IMG/VR virus record: IMGVR_UViG_2974513946_000001
Coordinates: 3,499 to 67,498 of that record
Source of the DNA: a virus
Taxonomy: Duplodnaviria > Caudoviricetes
Direction: 5' to 3' (one strand)
Length of the DNA: 64,000 bases
Under the pieces are notes generated by a model that saw only the letters and a program-made list of their open reading frames with translations, searched no databases and was not told the DNA's origin. Shown here one piece after another: positions 18,161 through 30,469 of the stretch. Both the position numbers and the translations under genes were made by a program. Within the stretch, counting starts at the first letter, position 1. Every line of letters starts with the position of its first letter.

Positions 18161-19315
18161 ATGAGCCGTGTTGTCAGCAAAACGCATTCGCGATTGGCCG
18201 GTGGTCAAGCCCGCCAGTTCGCAATGGACGCCAATATCACCGCCGCCGCCGTGCAACAACTGGCGCGCATCGGTCTGAACTTCGACCACGCCACCGTTTC
18301 CGGCCAGATTCAGGAAATGGCCCGCGCTGGTATGTTGGGCGGCAACAAAGGTGGTCAGGGTATGGACGCCGCGTTCATCGCGCCGGTTACTACCCCTTCC
18401 ATTCCGACCCCGATTCAGTTCCTGCAACAGTGGTTGCCGGGCTTCGTCAAGGTCATGACCGCCGCCCGTAACATCGACGAAATCGTCGGTATCTCGACTG
18501 TCGGTTCGTGGGAAGACGAAGAAATCGTTCAAGGTATCGTTGAGCCAGCAGGCACCGCGACCGAGTACGGCGACTGGTCGAACATCCCGCTTACTAGCTG
18601 GAACACCAACTTCGAAAAACGTACCGTAGTTCGCGGCGAAATGGGCTTCACCGTTGGTCTGTTGGAAGAGGGCCGCGCCGCTGCAATGCGCCTGAACTCC
18701 GCTGACACCAAACGCCAACAAGCTGGCGTATCGCTGGAAATCATGCGGAACGCCATCGGCTTCTATGGCTGGACTGGCGGCGGTTCTAACCGTACCTTCG
18801 GTTTCCTGAACGACCCGTCGTTGCCTGCGTTCATCACCGCCGCTTCTGGTGGTTGGGCCGCTGCCGACTTCAAAGCGATTATCGGCGACGTTCGTGAAGC
18901 TGTGCGCCAACTGCGTACACAATCGCAAGGTCAAATCGACCCTCAAAAAGTCGCTCTGGTCTTCGCTGTTCCGACCGACATGATTGATTACCTGACCGTG
19001 ACCACCGATTTCGGTATCTCGGTTGTGGACTGGATCAAACAGACCTATCCGAAGATGCGTGTTACTTCGGCGCCGGAACTGATGGACGCCAACAGCGACG
19101 GCACCGAAGGCGTGTTCTACCTGTTCCCGGAAGATATCGACAGTTCTGTCGATGGTTCGACCGATGGCGGCGAAGTCTTCGTTCAACTGGTTCAGTCGAA
19201 ATTTATCACTCTGGGCGTTGAAAAACGCGCGAAGTCGTACATTGAAGACTTCTCCAACGCCACCGCTGGCGTAATGTGCAAACGCCCTTGGGCTGTCGTT
19301 CGTTACCAGTTCTAA
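18161..19315 (+). CDS. Major capsid protein (DUF2184-like)
   Basis: 384 aa, strong AGGAG RBS, highly biased codons, GFYG...FGFLNDP motif, position. Confidence 0.9.
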   Translation: MSRVVSKTHSRLAGGQARQFAMDANITAAAVQQLARIGLNFDHATVSGQIQEMARAGMLGGNKGGQGMDAAFIAPVTTPSIPTPIQFLQQWLPGFVKVMTAARNIDEIVGISTVGSWEDEEIVQGIVEPAGTATEYGDWSNIPLTSWNTNFEKRTVVRGEMGFTVGLLEEGRAAAMRLNSADTKRQQAGVSLEIMRNAIGFYGWTGGGSNRTFGFLNDPSLPAFITAASGGWAAADFKAIIGDVREAVRQLRTQSQGQIDPQKVALVFAVPTDMIDYLTVTTDFGISVVDWIKQTYPKMRVTSAPELMDANSDGTEGVFYLFPEDIDSSVDGSTDGGEVFVQLVQSKFITLGVEKRAKSYIEDFSNATAGVMCKRPWAVVRYQF

Positions 19316-19335
19316 CCAACTGGTTCGGCGATCAA

Positions 19336-19366
19336 TAAAGCGGGTGTAAAAGCCCGCTTTACTTTC
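19336..19366 (+). terminator. Terminator after the major capsid gene
   Basis: TAAAGCGGG/CCCGCTTTA stem followed by CTTTC. Confidence 0.75.
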
Positions 19367-19427
19367 AACAGATTGCGGCAGGCTGTAGGGGCTTAGTTCG
19401 CGACTTAATTACAGGGACTACAAAACC

Positions 19428-19871
19428 ATGAGTGTATACATTCTTTCGACGATGACTAACAGTGTTCGTTATCGCACTTACGATACAACCCGACCTGACG
19501 CACCGCGTCCTGTTGGCAAAGACATTTTCATTCAGGGCGGCAAAGGTCTGGCCTCTGAACGTTCGGGCTTTGGTGACAAAGAAAACTGCAAGGTTAGCGG
19601 GAATCCTATTTGGACTGCCCAAGGCTTCGTCACCCCTGTTAGTGATTCGGATTACGAACGCTTGCAACTTCAACCAACTTTCAAGCGGCATTTGGATCGC
19701 GGTTTGTTGAAAGTCCTGAACAAAGACATTTCCGAAAACCACGGCGCAATCACCAAAGAAGTGCGTAGCATGGAATCGGACGGCTTCGCACCAATGAGCG
19801 CATCGCGCCTTGGCGGCACCGTTAAAGTGTCTACCAAAAACATCGACGTAGAACAGAAGTTCCGTCTGTAA
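19428..19871 (+). CDS. Putative head-associated structural protein
   Basis: Position after the capsid gene; synteny with PB1-like phages. Confidence 0.7.
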   Translation: MSVYILSTMTNSVRYRTYDTTRPDAPRPVGKDIFIQGGKGLASERSGFGDKENCKVSGNPIWTAQGFVTPVSDSDYERLQLQPTFKRHLDRGLLKVLNKDISENHGAITKEVRSMESDGFAPMSASRLGGTVKVSTKNIDVEQKFRL

Positions 19872-19886
19872 TAGGAGAAACGCCCA

Positions 19887-20360
19887 ATGGCGACATTCAA
19901 CGCCGCGCTGTTACGCGCTCAATTTCCGACATTCGCCGATGTGAGTAAATATCCTGACGCGATGTTAGATGTAAATTGGGACACGGCGACGTTGTTTGTC
20001 GCCAACGAGTCGTTTCCGTGCAAGACCCTGAACCCCAAGCAATTGGCGTATGCAATCAACGCCATGACCTGCCATATCATCACCATGTTTACGCCTGTCG
20101 AAGACCAGTCGGTTCCCGGCGCTGGTGGCTCCGTATCGTCGCAAGCTGGCGGCGGTTTCACCACTTCCGCAACTGTCGGCAAAGTCAGCGTTACCAAGCT
20201 TGCACCACCGGTTAAAGATGGTTGGGAGTTCTGGCTGAACCAGACGCCATACGGTGCCGCGCTTCTGGCAATGTTGCAAGGTCTGGCGGTCGGCGGCTTC
20301 TCCGTTGGTGGTCTTCCTGAAAGCGACGGTTTCCGCCGCGTTTACGGGGTATTCTTATAA
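19887..20360 (+). CDS. Head-tail connector (DUF4054-like)
   Basis: FR..FP.F.D...YPD start and W-LNQTPYG signature. Confidence 0.85.
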   Translation: MATFNAALLRAQFPTFADVSKYPDAMLDVNWDTATLFVANESFPCKTLNPKQLAYAINAMTCHIITMFTPVEDQSVPGAGGSVSSQAGGGFTTSATVGKVSVTKLAPPVKDGWEFWLNQTPYGAALLAMLQGLAVGGFSVGGLPESDGFRRVYGVFL

Positions 20361-20785
20361 TGTATGGTGGCGTACCCGGTTCTAACCTTCTGAACCAAGC
20401 GTTTACGTCGATCAACCAACAAAACGTCCTTTACAGGGCGTTTTCTGGTCGAACTCTGAACAGCCAGCGTCAGTATATAAGCGGATTCGCCGAACCCGGT
20501 GGTTTCCGTTGCAGCGTCCAATCTGTTGACCGCTCCCAATATGTGCAATTCGGCCTTGAGTTCCAACGGAACTATGTCGAACTTTTTGCATCGTTGGATT
20601 TGGTAGACCTTGAGCGCGATTCCGCTGGTGATCAGTTTATCTACGCTTGGCGCATCTATCAGCTTGAAAGCCAAGGCACTTGGAAAGAGCAAGACGGATG
20701 GGCCAACGCTATGGCAATCGACATTGGCAAAGCGGTTGCAGACGAAAACGGTCGCCCGACTTTCCCTGATTTGGTGAAAAAGTGA
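20360..20785 (+). CDS. Head closure/neck protein
   Basis: Position and size; TAATG coupling. Confidence 0.7.
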   Translation: MYGGVPGSNLLNQAFTSINQQNVLYRAFSGRTLNSQRQYISGFAEPGGFRCSVQSVDRSQYVQFGLEFQRNYVELFASLDLVDLERDSAGDQFIYAWRIYQLESQGTWKEQDGWANAMAIDIGKAVADENGRPTFPDLVKK

Positions 20786-21336
20786 AAGATAGTTTTGTTA
20801 TCAGCCTTCTTGCCGACACACTGGACAAGTGCGCGGCAATCCTTGCGGTCGAACTTGGAGTTGATTCTATCCCTGTCGTTCAAAAGGATCAGCCGACGCA
20901 ACAGGGTACGAACAGCGCCCCGACGATCTTTTTTCAAAAGTTGTTCGACGTGCCGCGTGGTTTCCCGAAAGCAACTTTCGGAAAGGACGAAGAAACCGGC
21001 GAATGGATGGATGGCATTCAACAGGCTTACGAAACCCATTTCCAAATCTCTGTTCTGAACTGGCAAGACCCAACTAACGAAAACATCAACACCGCTTCCG
21101 ACTTGGTTAACGGTGTGTTTCAGCTATTAATGATTGAGTCCATGCGCTCGACCATGAAAGCGAAAAACTTGATGGTGTTGCGCGTTGACCAAGTTCGGAA
21201 CCCCTCTTTTGAGAACGACAAAGGCCAGTTCGAATATCACCCGAACTTCGATTTGGTCTTGACCCACAACGCCATGCGCCGAATCAAGATCGACACAACC
21301 GAAGTTGTCGAAGGCACTATTCGATTTGTTCCGTAA
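20782..21336 (+). CDS. Tail terminator/neck protein
   Basis: Position; ETHFQIS and HPNFDLVLTH motifs. Confidence 0.7.
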   Translation: MKDSFVISLLADTLDKCAAILAVELGVDSIPVVQKDQPTQQGTNSAPTIFFQKLFDVPRGFPKATFGKDEETGEWMDGIQQAYETHFQISVLNWQDPTNENINTASDLVNGVFQLLMIESMRSTMKAKNLMVLRVDQVRNPSFENDKGQFEYHPNFDLVLTHNAMRRIKIDTTEVVEGTIRFVP

Positions 21337-21357
21337 GTTATTTAGGAAGGTCTAAAG

Positions 21358-23529
<2,172 letters not shown>

Positions 23530-23537
23530 CCAACAGT

Positions 23538-23567
23538 CAGGCCGCGTAACTTTGCGCGGCCTGACTT
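23538..23567. other. Stable RNA hairpin between sheath and tube genes
   Basis: GTCAGGCCGCG/CGCGGCCTGAC stem without a U tract. Confidence 0.6.
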
Positions 23568-23597
23568 ACAGATTAGACCGTTTTAGGAGAAAGAAAA

Positions 23598-24047
23598 ATG
23601 CAAAACGTTTCGGGCTTTGGCCTGTCTATCAACATCGTGGCTAGCAAGACCTTTCCGTCTGGCTTCACGGTTTCCCAATTCGCGGATGATTCCGACCCGC
23701 TGGACGTTCCAGACCTGACGGTCGGCGATTCGTCTTCCGGTCTGAACGGCGACCTTCTGGTCTGGAACAAGGCCACCGGTATTCCTGTCGCTATCTCCGT
23801 CATTGCTGGCGGCGACGATGACAAGAACCTAGAAACCCTGTTGGAAGCCAACCGGGTCGGCAAAAACAAAGTCGGTGCGCGTGACACTGTTTCTCACGTC
23901 CTGACCTACCCGGACGGCAGCCGCGCCAATTGCGGCCCCGGCATCATCACTGTCGGCCCAATTGCGAAGAGTGTCGCAAGTGCTGGTCGTTACAAGACCC
24001 GAACTTACCACTTCGTTTTCGAATCCATTTCGAAAAGCAACGGTTGA
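23598..24047 (+). CDS. Tail tube protein
   Basis: 149 aa immediately after the sheath; QFADDSDP motif. Confidence 0.85.
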   Translation: MQNVSGFGLSINIVASKTFPSGFTVSQFADDSDPLDVPDLTVGDSSSGLNGDLLVWNKATGIPVAISVIAGGDDDKNLETLLEANRVGKNKVGARDTVSHVLTYPDGSRANCGPGIITVGPIAKSVASAGRYKTRTYHFVFESISKSNG

Positions 24048-24053
24048 TAAATA

Positions 24054-24374
24054 ATGCTCCCTATTCCCCTGACAGCGCTGGCAAATCAGGAAGTTTCATT
24101 TAACGCAGACAATGCGTATTGGGAACTTCACGTCTATCAAGCCGTAGACCAAATGTACGCCGATATCGTTCGCGATGGCGTAACTATTGTGAGTGGCACG
24201 CGCTGTTTAGCGGGAATAGGGGTCATGCCCTATTCATATATGCACATGCCAAACTTTGGCAATTTTGTTTTCGACAACGTAGTCGATTGGAACAATTTCG
24301 GCACTACTTGCAAGATGTACTATCTTGATGTTACGGAATGGGCCGCGTATAAAGTCGCTTTCGAAGGGCAATAA
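24054..24374 (+). CDS. Putative baseplate/tail protein
   Basis: IPL...NQE.SF start; position in the tail operon. Confidence 0.7.
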   Translation: MLPIPLTALANQEVSFNADNAYWELHVYQAVDQMYADIVRDGVTIVSGTRCLAGIGVMPYSYMHMPNFGNFVFDNVVDWNNFGTTCKMYYLDVTEWAAYKVAFEGQ

Positions 24375-24376
24375 AC

Positions 24377-24727
24377 ATGACAACTTCCACGCTGCAAATT
24401 GATTCTAACAACGACCTTTATTTGCCTGACGGTCGAAATCTTGTCCTTTTGACAGGAACGGAAGCCGTAGTTCAGGACGTGCGTTGCGCCACTCTTATGC
24501 GTAAGGGTGAAGACGTGTACGACGTTTTAAGCGGTGTTGACTATCTTGGCTATATTTTCACCCCCCAGCCAAGTTATGATAACGCCCGCCGCTCTTTGAT
24601 TTCGAACATCGAGTCGTCACCCGACGTTTTGACGGTCGAATCTTTGACGATGACAGTCACCGAAAATACATTGACCTATGAAGCGAAAATTCGCACAACT
24701 TACGGTCAAATTGCCATAGGGAACTAA
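24377..24727 (+). CDS. Baseplate wedge/sheath initiator (gp25-like)
   Basis: D.NNDL...G and terminal I.T.YG motifs. Confidence 0.75.
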   Translation: MTTSTLQIDSNNDLYLPDGRNLVLLTGTEAVVQDVRCATLMRKGEDVYDVLSGVDYLGYIFTPQPSYDNARRSLISNIESSPDVLTVESLTMTVTENTLTYEAKIRTTYGQIAIGN

Positions 24728-24730
24728 AAC

Positions 24731-25102
24731 ATGAACTTTCTTCAATATGCAAAAGGCGTTCTTATGCAAGTCGAAACCGGCCTGCATATCTACCCGAAAG
24801 CGGAAGCACAACAGCCCGAACAATTCGTCGCGGCCTCTTCGCCTGCCCTGTCGCTGCCGGGTCTTGATCCAGTGACCGACACCAGTACCGCCCCGGACGA
24901 CGGCGCTGGCCTCCCTACCATGGGCGCGGCGACCACCGACGCGGCGACCACCGACGCGACCACCGACGCACCAGCAGCCGACGCGACCGCCAGCGAAGCA
25001 CCAGCAGCCGACGCGACCGATTCGACCGCCAGCGAAGCACCAGCGGCCACCGCTGACGCACCAGCAGCGACCGAAGCACCAGCCGACGAAGCCGCGCAGT
25101 AA
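24731..25102 (+). CDS. Acidic Ala/Asp/Thr-rich low-complexity protein
   Basis: Repeats ATTDA and APAADATASE in the C-terminal half. Confidence 0.7.
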   Translation: MNFLQYAKGVLMQVETGLHIYPKAEAQQPEQFVAASSPALSLPGLDPVTDTSTAPDDGAGLPTMGAATTDAATTDATTDAPAADATASEAPAADATDSTASEAPAATADAPAATEAPADEAAQ

Positions 25103-25121
25103 TTAAAGGGAAGGGGTCAAC

Positions 25122-25616
25122 GTGGAAAACATCGGCGGTCACGGAACGTCTATCACAATCGTCGCTTTGAACTCGTTTCCGGTTGGTTTCCAACTGACGA
25201 AACTGGCCGATGACGTTGACCCTATTTCCCACAAGGAAGTAACAACCAACGGTTATAAAAAGCTCATTGACGGTTCGCTGTTCTTTTACAGCCAAACCGC
25301 GCCAATCGAAGTTTCTGTCTCTGTTGTCCCCGGAAGTGACGACGACATTAATTGCAAGATTCTATTGCAAGCGCAAAAGGGCGGGTTGCAGATTATCCCT
25401 TTGCCAGACATTACGACGATGATTATTACCTATCCGAAGGGCCGCGTCTTACTGACTAATGGTTCTATCGTGTCCGGGCCTTTGCTGGATTCCATCGCGG
25501 ACACCGCCCGGAAAAAGAGCAACACTTACACTTTCGTATTCGCTAACTTCGCCGGTATGCAGAACGGCAAAGAAACGATTACAACCGTACTCCGTGAAGC
25601 CATGAGTTTTTTCTAA
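25122..25616 (+). CDS. Tail tube-like paralog (tube initiator)
   Basis: Similar to 23598..24047 (GFQLTKLADDVDP vs GFTVSQFADDSDP). Confidence 0.75.
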   Translation: MENIGGHGTSITIVALNSFPVGFQLTKLADDVDPISHKEVTTNGYKKLIDGSLFFYSQTAPIEVSVSVVPGSDDDINCKILLQAQKGGLQIIPLPDITTMIITYPKGRVLLTNGSIVSGPLLDSIADTARKKSNTYTFVFANFAGMQNGKETITTVLREAMSFF

Positions 25617-26149
25617 TGCCTTCTATTCTCGCTTCTATCCTTGGTAAAACGACGACTTCTTTTTTGCAGACTATCAACGACGAAACGTTGCCAGTCTTGA
25701 AAGACCTGAAAGTCGAAAGTTCGCGCATCACTCTTAAAGCGACTTTGTTTAGCCATAAGCTAGAGAACGGGCAATCGTTCGTCGATTCTAAAGTGATGGT
25801 TCCTATCGTCATCGAAATGACGGTCATTTGCCCGACCGTCGATGTGGTGGACGAACTCAACTCGATTATCTTGAACAGAAGCGCACGTTACCAAGTCACG
25901 TCACGCGGCCTTATCTTTCCGAACATGTTGCCGAAGGGCGAGACGATAGACATGTCTGGCGAAATGCTTTCAGCAACGCCTATTAAACTGACGTGGTGTC
26001 AGTTGCTTGTTCAGGGCGAAGCACCTGTTCTGTTCGCAAACCAAGCGGAATCTAGAATCGTCCAAAAGGGCACGCAGCTTTTAGACAAAGCGGAAAGCAC
26101 GGCCACCGAACTGGCTGGTCAAGCGAAACAATGGTTGGGTATCTCTTAA
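25616..26149 (+). CDS. Baseplate/Dit-like tail protein
   Basis: H.LENG..F.D.KV..P motif; position. Confidence 0.7.
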   Translation: MPSILASILGKTTTSFLQTINDETLPVLKDLKVESSRITLKATLFSHKLENGQSFVDSKVMVPIVIEMTVICPTVDVVDELNSIILNRSARYQVTSRGLIFPNMLPKGETIDMSGEMLSATPIKLTWCQLLVQGEAPVLFANQAESRIVQKGTQLLDKAESTATELAGQAKQWLGIS

Positions 26150-26739
26150 TGGCGTCTATCACACAATCAATTCTTGGCGTTCAGCAAGTAACAATCACTG
26201 ACGAAGAACTAGACATTAGAGTTCTGGAAAAGCTGAAATACGCACAAGTTAGCGTCGATGCAGATTCCCTTACTTCGGAAGTTCCGATTCAAACGGAAGA
26301 CTTGACAGAAGAAATCGTCTATGTAGATCTTGCCGAAGTGGACTTGAAAAACACACGCGTTATTCGACCTGTAAAAGTTCGCATCATTGCTTATACCGAC
26401 CAACTGTCGGACGTGGAAAAGGTCGAAAAGGCTCTATATAACATTAGCGCTACCTATGCACTTTCGGCGCGAAAAATTTCGGCTGAAACTATGGTGTTCG
26501 CAGCGGCTGTTATTGATCAGTCTGCCGAAATGACCAACGCAGTAAAGATAACAATGGACTTCGAACAGTCAGGGCGACCAATCACCAGCGATTACAACCC
26601 ATACAACAGCGCGGACAACAGCAGTTCAGGATTCACCGTAAACACTCTGAACAAGGCTCAACAAACGGTTGACGGTTTGTGGTCTAAGGTTTCGGCAGGG
26701 TTCAAGGTGGCGACTGATAAAGTTACATCCCTTCTCTAA
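26149..26739 (+). CDS. Baseplate/Dit-like tail protein paralog
   Basis: Start refined to the TAATG overlap at 26149; resembles the preceding gene. Confidence 0.65.
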   Translation: MASITQSILGVQQVTITDEELDIRVLEKLKYAQVSVDADSLTSEVPIQTEDLTEEIVYVDLAEVDLKNTRVIRPVKVRIIAYTDQLSDVEKVEKALYNISATYALSARKISAETMVFAAAVIDQSAEMTNAVKITMDFEQSGRPITSDYNPYNSADNSSSGFTVNTLNKAQQTVDGLWSKVSAGFKVATDKVTSLL

Positions 26740-26750
26740 TCGGCTATAAT
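26722..26750 (+). promoter_or_regulatory. sigma70-like promoter
   Basis: GTTACA-17bp-TATAAT. Confidence 0.55.
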
Positions 26751-26784
26751 GGGCGCCTACCCCACAAACAACCGGCGCCCTAAA

Positions 26785-27195
26785 ATGATCGAACTTCAAT
26801 TGCCGAACGGCACTCAAAAACTAGTCACCGTTTCCACATTCCCGGCCCTTGTTGGTTGGGACATGCAACAGCGCTTTCTGGAATTCGCGGCGACCACCGA
26901 TTCGGAAATTCGAACCAAGTACACTATGGACGTTCTTTCGTTCGCCAAAATCATTTCCGGTGAAAACGAATTGCCGCTTGCAACTAGTGCGCTGATCGAC
27001 AACCACTTGGGCACTTGGGAAAACATCAAAGTCGTGTTCGAAGCGGTTTTGACGTTGAACGGCATTAACCCATTGACCCATGCTGATAAGCCGCAATTCT
27101 GGTCTGACGCTGGTGAAAAAATGGCAATCGCTTTTGTTGCCGAAAGCATCAAACTTTTCGGCCCTGCGTTGAAAATGGAACTTCCAACCACCTAA
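26785..27195 (+). CDS. Tail assembly chaperone
   Basis: Directly upstream of the tape measure; FPALVG...LIDNH..WE pattern; start refined to 26785. Confidence 0.75.
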   Translation: MIELQLPNGTQKLVTVSTFPALVGWDMQQRFLEFAATTDSEIRTKYTMDVLSFAKIISGENELPLATSALIDNHLGTWENIKVVFEAVLTLNGINPLTHADKPQFWSDAGEKMAIAFVAESIKLFGPALKMELPTT

Positions 27196-27218
27196 CCCAA
27201 ATTTAGCGGTGTCCAGAA

Positions 27219-29591
27219 ATGGCTAACGAAACAGAAAAGTTTGTCTTGCAGTATGTGACGGAAATCAAAGATTCCGTCAAGAAGCTTGAGGAACTGCAAA
27301 ACAAGGTCAAGAAGACCAACGAAGCTACGGACGCCGCAAAGAAGGGTTTTTCGGAATTCTCCGACGGTGTGTCTGACCAGCTTTCAAAGATCGTTCCGCA
27401 AGTTGACGGAGTAACTAAGGCCGTAAAAATGATGACGGCTGAATTTGCTGTCGCATCTGTTGCGGTCGGTGTTCTGGCTGTCGGCGTGAAAGCCGTAATG
27501 ATGGCTAACGAGAACATCACAAAACAGCGATCTATGGGCCAGCAAATCGGCATGGCTCCGAATCGCATCGAACAACTGACGCGGGACTTCTCCGACAACA
27601 GCCAAGGGCGGCTAAACCGCGATCAGGCGATGGACTCTATCAAGTCTTTCGGCGATAGGGTTCAGGAAGCGCGGCAGGACTTGCCCGGAACTGGTGCCCG
27701 TCGCAACTTCACAATGAACGGCCTTCAAGTCGGAACCGTGCAGAATCACCCGACCTTAACGTCGATGTTCAACACCATCGGCGGTCGCGTTCAGGGTATG
27801 GACGAAGCCAAGGGCCGCGCCTATCTGAATCAGATTGGCATGTCCCCTGATATGTTGGGGAACTTTCAGAAGTTCGGCAACAAGACCGGCGACCGGATGT
27901 TGTCGAAGAAAGAAACGGACGAACGAAAGGAAGCCGAAGACGCGTCGAAAAAAGTAAACGATGAACTGAACAAGATCAACAACCAGTTTACGGAAATGGG
28001 TTTGATCTTGGGTCAGAAGCTTTTGCCGTGGGCTGAAAAGTTCACAAGCTGGATGCTTGACGTAACCAAGTTCGTTTTCTCCGACACTAAAACGCCAGTT
28101 GCGAACTACAATAACGACCCGTTCGCCAAGCCTACAGACAAAGAACTGGCAGAAGCCCAGAAGTATGGCGGCAAGAACCCTTTGCAGTTCGGCGCACGTC
28201 ACCCGGAAGCGGTAAAAGGGCCGGGTATCACGCCGCAGATTGCGAACGCCATCAACAACGGTATTCATGAACCGGAAGACAAAGGCGCGTCTAATGCCTT
28301 GACTATTTCCGACAAAAACAACCAACAGTTGATTGGTAATTCAAAGCAGGAAAAGCAAGCGCTTGAAAAGTTCACCAAAGAACAAGCGGACATAACCGCG
28401 AAGCAACAAGAAGCGCAGAACAAAGAAGACGAAATGTACGACAAGTATTCGGACGCGACGGCAGAACAGAAGTTAGCCGCGCAGATGTTTACAACCGCCG
28501 TCGCGACCTTCGCACACGCTACCGATATGAACGACGCGCTTGCAATGTGGGCCGGTTCCATCGGTGCAGCTAGTGGCTTAAAGGGCGCTGACGGAACCCA
28601 GAGCGGGAACACTGGCGCGGCTGCAATCGGGCCTTACGCTTCTCAACAGAACCGCGAAGTTTTGGGAAGTCGCCTAATCACCAGTGGAACCGCCGAAAGC
28701 ATTGGCGGCAAGGAATACACACACAAGTACGACGAACTTTACAACAAGTACGGCACGGCTATGGGTATCGACCCGCGAATCTTGAAAGCCCAAGGGATGC
28801 AAGAATCTGGCTTGCACAATGACAACCGGGGGAACGGCGGCGGTCTGGGTCAGTTGTCCCCGAACATCCAAAAGAAGTACGGCGTTACCGACGTTCACGA
28901 CGCAGAACAGAACATCCGCGCTTCTGCAATGTACATGAAAGACCTGATCAAAGAGACGGGCGGAAACATCGCCGAAGCGCTTAAACGTTACATCGGCGGC
29001 GGGCCAGAGAACAAAAAGAATCAAGGCAAGCAAACAAACGAGTACGCCGGGAAAGTTTACAAACACGCCGGTTTGACCGCTGACGATTTCGAGAACTCGC
29101 CTAGCAACATGGGTTCTATGCCTAACGTGATCATCGGAAAGGGCAAGGCAGGGCGTCAAGTTATGGATGCTGTGCGTTCGCTTGCGTCCTATATGAACAT
29201 TGACCCCGGCCAGATTACAGGCCACCACACAACACGCGGCGACATGGAATTTTCCATGGGTCAGCTTGAACGAAGCTTGATTAACAACCATCAAGATTTG
29301 GTCAACAAAACCCACGCGATTAACGTTCCTGAAAAGGAAATGGCATCTTACCGCCAGCAACTTCGACAGAACGAAATCGACCAACAGAACTTAAAAGCTT
29401 TCGGCGGAAACGTTCTCGACATGGCTACAGAAGGCGGCAGAACAGCAGAAACTAACGGTTTGATTCCCGTTACGATCAACGTTCAGACGACCAGCCAAGA
29501 CCCGTACAAGCAAGGACAAATCGCGGCAGACAGCTTTAACGAGCATCGCCGCGACCTTGTTAAGCAGAACGCTAGCACGGTGAAGTATTAA
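27219..29591 (+). CDS. Tape measure protein with lytic transglycosylase (SLT) domain
   Basis: Helical N-terminus; GIDPRILKAQGMQES...GLGQL...NI.A.A.Y...ALKRY SLT motifs. Confidence 0.9.
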   Translation: MANETEKFVLQYVTEIKDSVKKLEELQNKVKKTNEATDAAKKGFSEFSDGVSDQLSKIVPQVDGVTKAVKMMTAEFAVASVAVGVLAVGVKAVMMANENITKQRSMGQQIGMAPNRIEQLTRDFSDNSQGRLNRDQAMDSIKSFGDRVQEARQDLPGTGARRNFTMNGLQVGTVQNHPTLTSMFNTIGGRVQGMDEAKGRAYLNQIGMSPDMLGNFQKFGNKTGDRMLSKKETDERKEAEDASKKVNDELNKINNQFTEMGLILGQKLLPWAEKFTSWMLDVTKFVFSDTKTPVANYNNDPFAKPTDKELAEAQKYGGKNPLQFGARHPEAVKGPGITPQIANAINNGIHEPEDKGASNALTISDKNNQQLIGNSKQEKQALEKFTKEQADITAKQQEAQNKEDEMYDKYSDATAEQKLAAQMFTTAVATFAHATDMNDALAMWAGSIGAASGLKGADGTQSGNTGAAAIGPYASQQNREVLGSRLITSGTAESIGGKEYTHKYDELYNKYGTAMGIDPRILKAQGMQESGLHNDNRGNGGGLGQLSPNIQKKYGVTDVHDAEQNIRASAMYMKDLIKETGGNIAEALKRYIGGGPENKKNQGKQTNEYAGKVYKHAGLTADDFENSPSNMGSMPNVIIGKGKAGRQVMDAVRSLASYMNIDPGQITGHHTTRGDMEFSMGQLERSLINNHQDLVNKTHAINVPEKEMASYRQQLRQNEIDQQNLKAFGGNVLDMATEGGRTAETNGLIPVTINVQTTSQDPYKQGQIAADSFNEHRRDLVKQNASTVKY

Positions 29592-29593
29592 TT

Positions 29594-30469
29594 ATGCCAC
29601 TAAAGAAACGAGTTATCCGGGTAACGTTTACGCAGGACGACCGGACAATGACAATCGACGATTCTCTAGACATTGCCGTTAAGGTAAATAAACTGGCGAT
29701 TGCTTATCAACAGAACGCAACGATTGATATTTTCGGCCTGACAACTTCCAACCGTCAAAGTTGGTTTTCGCAATTCACTGCGTTCAACAGGTTGCGGCTT
29801 GATTCCGCATCTTTGGGGAACGCATACGTTAACGTCAAGATCGACGCCGGGTATTTGTCCGATGGGATTGAAGACGTGGTGACGATCTTTGACGGGCAGG
29901 TTATTGACTCAATGATTGAATCGCCGCCGCCTAGTATCGGAATGAAGATCATGTGCCGGACGAATCAGGAGAACAAAGGCCCGCTTGATATCCAGACATT
30001 GCCGCCGTATAGCGTGACGTTTAAAGTTCTGGCGCAATGGGTTGCTGACAAAATCGGGTATCGCTTGGACTGTTCGACAAGCAAGGATAACAGTTTGGTC
30101 GAAAACCCGATAACTTCGATTCAGAAGTACGAAGCCGCGCCCATTATGTTGATGAACGCGTTTCAGAACCAAGTTGTTGTTTTCATGGACAACAAGACGC
30201 TGTATTGCCGTGACGTTAACGCGATTAAAGACGTTTCGAAGGTTCCGAAGTTGAAAGAGTTTATCGGAACCCCAGCATGGACGGCTGACGGGTGTTCGGC
30301 TAAAATCCTTATGCGGACTGACTTAACGATGATCAGCGGCTTTAACGTGAACTCGATTATCAACAGGACGCTAAACGGGGATTATGTGGCGCATACAATG
30401 TCCTATGACTTGTGTAGTCGCCGCTCCCCATTCTATTTAAACATCCTCGGTTCGGCGCCTTCGTCATGA
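29594..30469 (+). CDS. Baseplate hub protein
   Basis: Follows the tape measure; LKKR.I.VT start and size fit hub proteins. Confidence 0.8.
   Translation: MPLKKRVIRVTFTQDDRTMTIDDSLDIAVKVNKLAIAYQQNATIDIFGLTTSNRQSWFSQFTAFNRLRLDSASLGNAYVNVKIDAGYLSDGIEDVVTIFDGQVIDSMIESPPPSIGMKIMCRTNQENKGPLDIQTLPPYSVTFKVLAQWVADKIGYRLDCSTSKDNSLVENPITSIQKYEAAPIMLMNAFQNQVVVFMDNKTLYCRDVNAIKDVSKVPKLKEFIGTPAWTADGCSAKILMRTDLTMISGFNVNSIINRTLNGDYVAHTMSYDLCSRRSPFYLNILGSAPSS

Noticed and set aside
18155-19186. 343-aa minus-strand ORF
   Set aside because: Antisense shadow of the major capsid gene.
24900-25100. Possible CRISPR-like repeat array
   Set aside because: Repeats are in-frame codon repeats with no unique spacers; no CRISPR array or cas gene is seen anywhere in the window.
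27100-27218. Programmed -1 frameshift at the end of the tail chaperone
   Set aside because: GAA AAA ATG is not an in-frame X XXY YYZ heptamer, and there is no room for an extension ORF before the tape measure.
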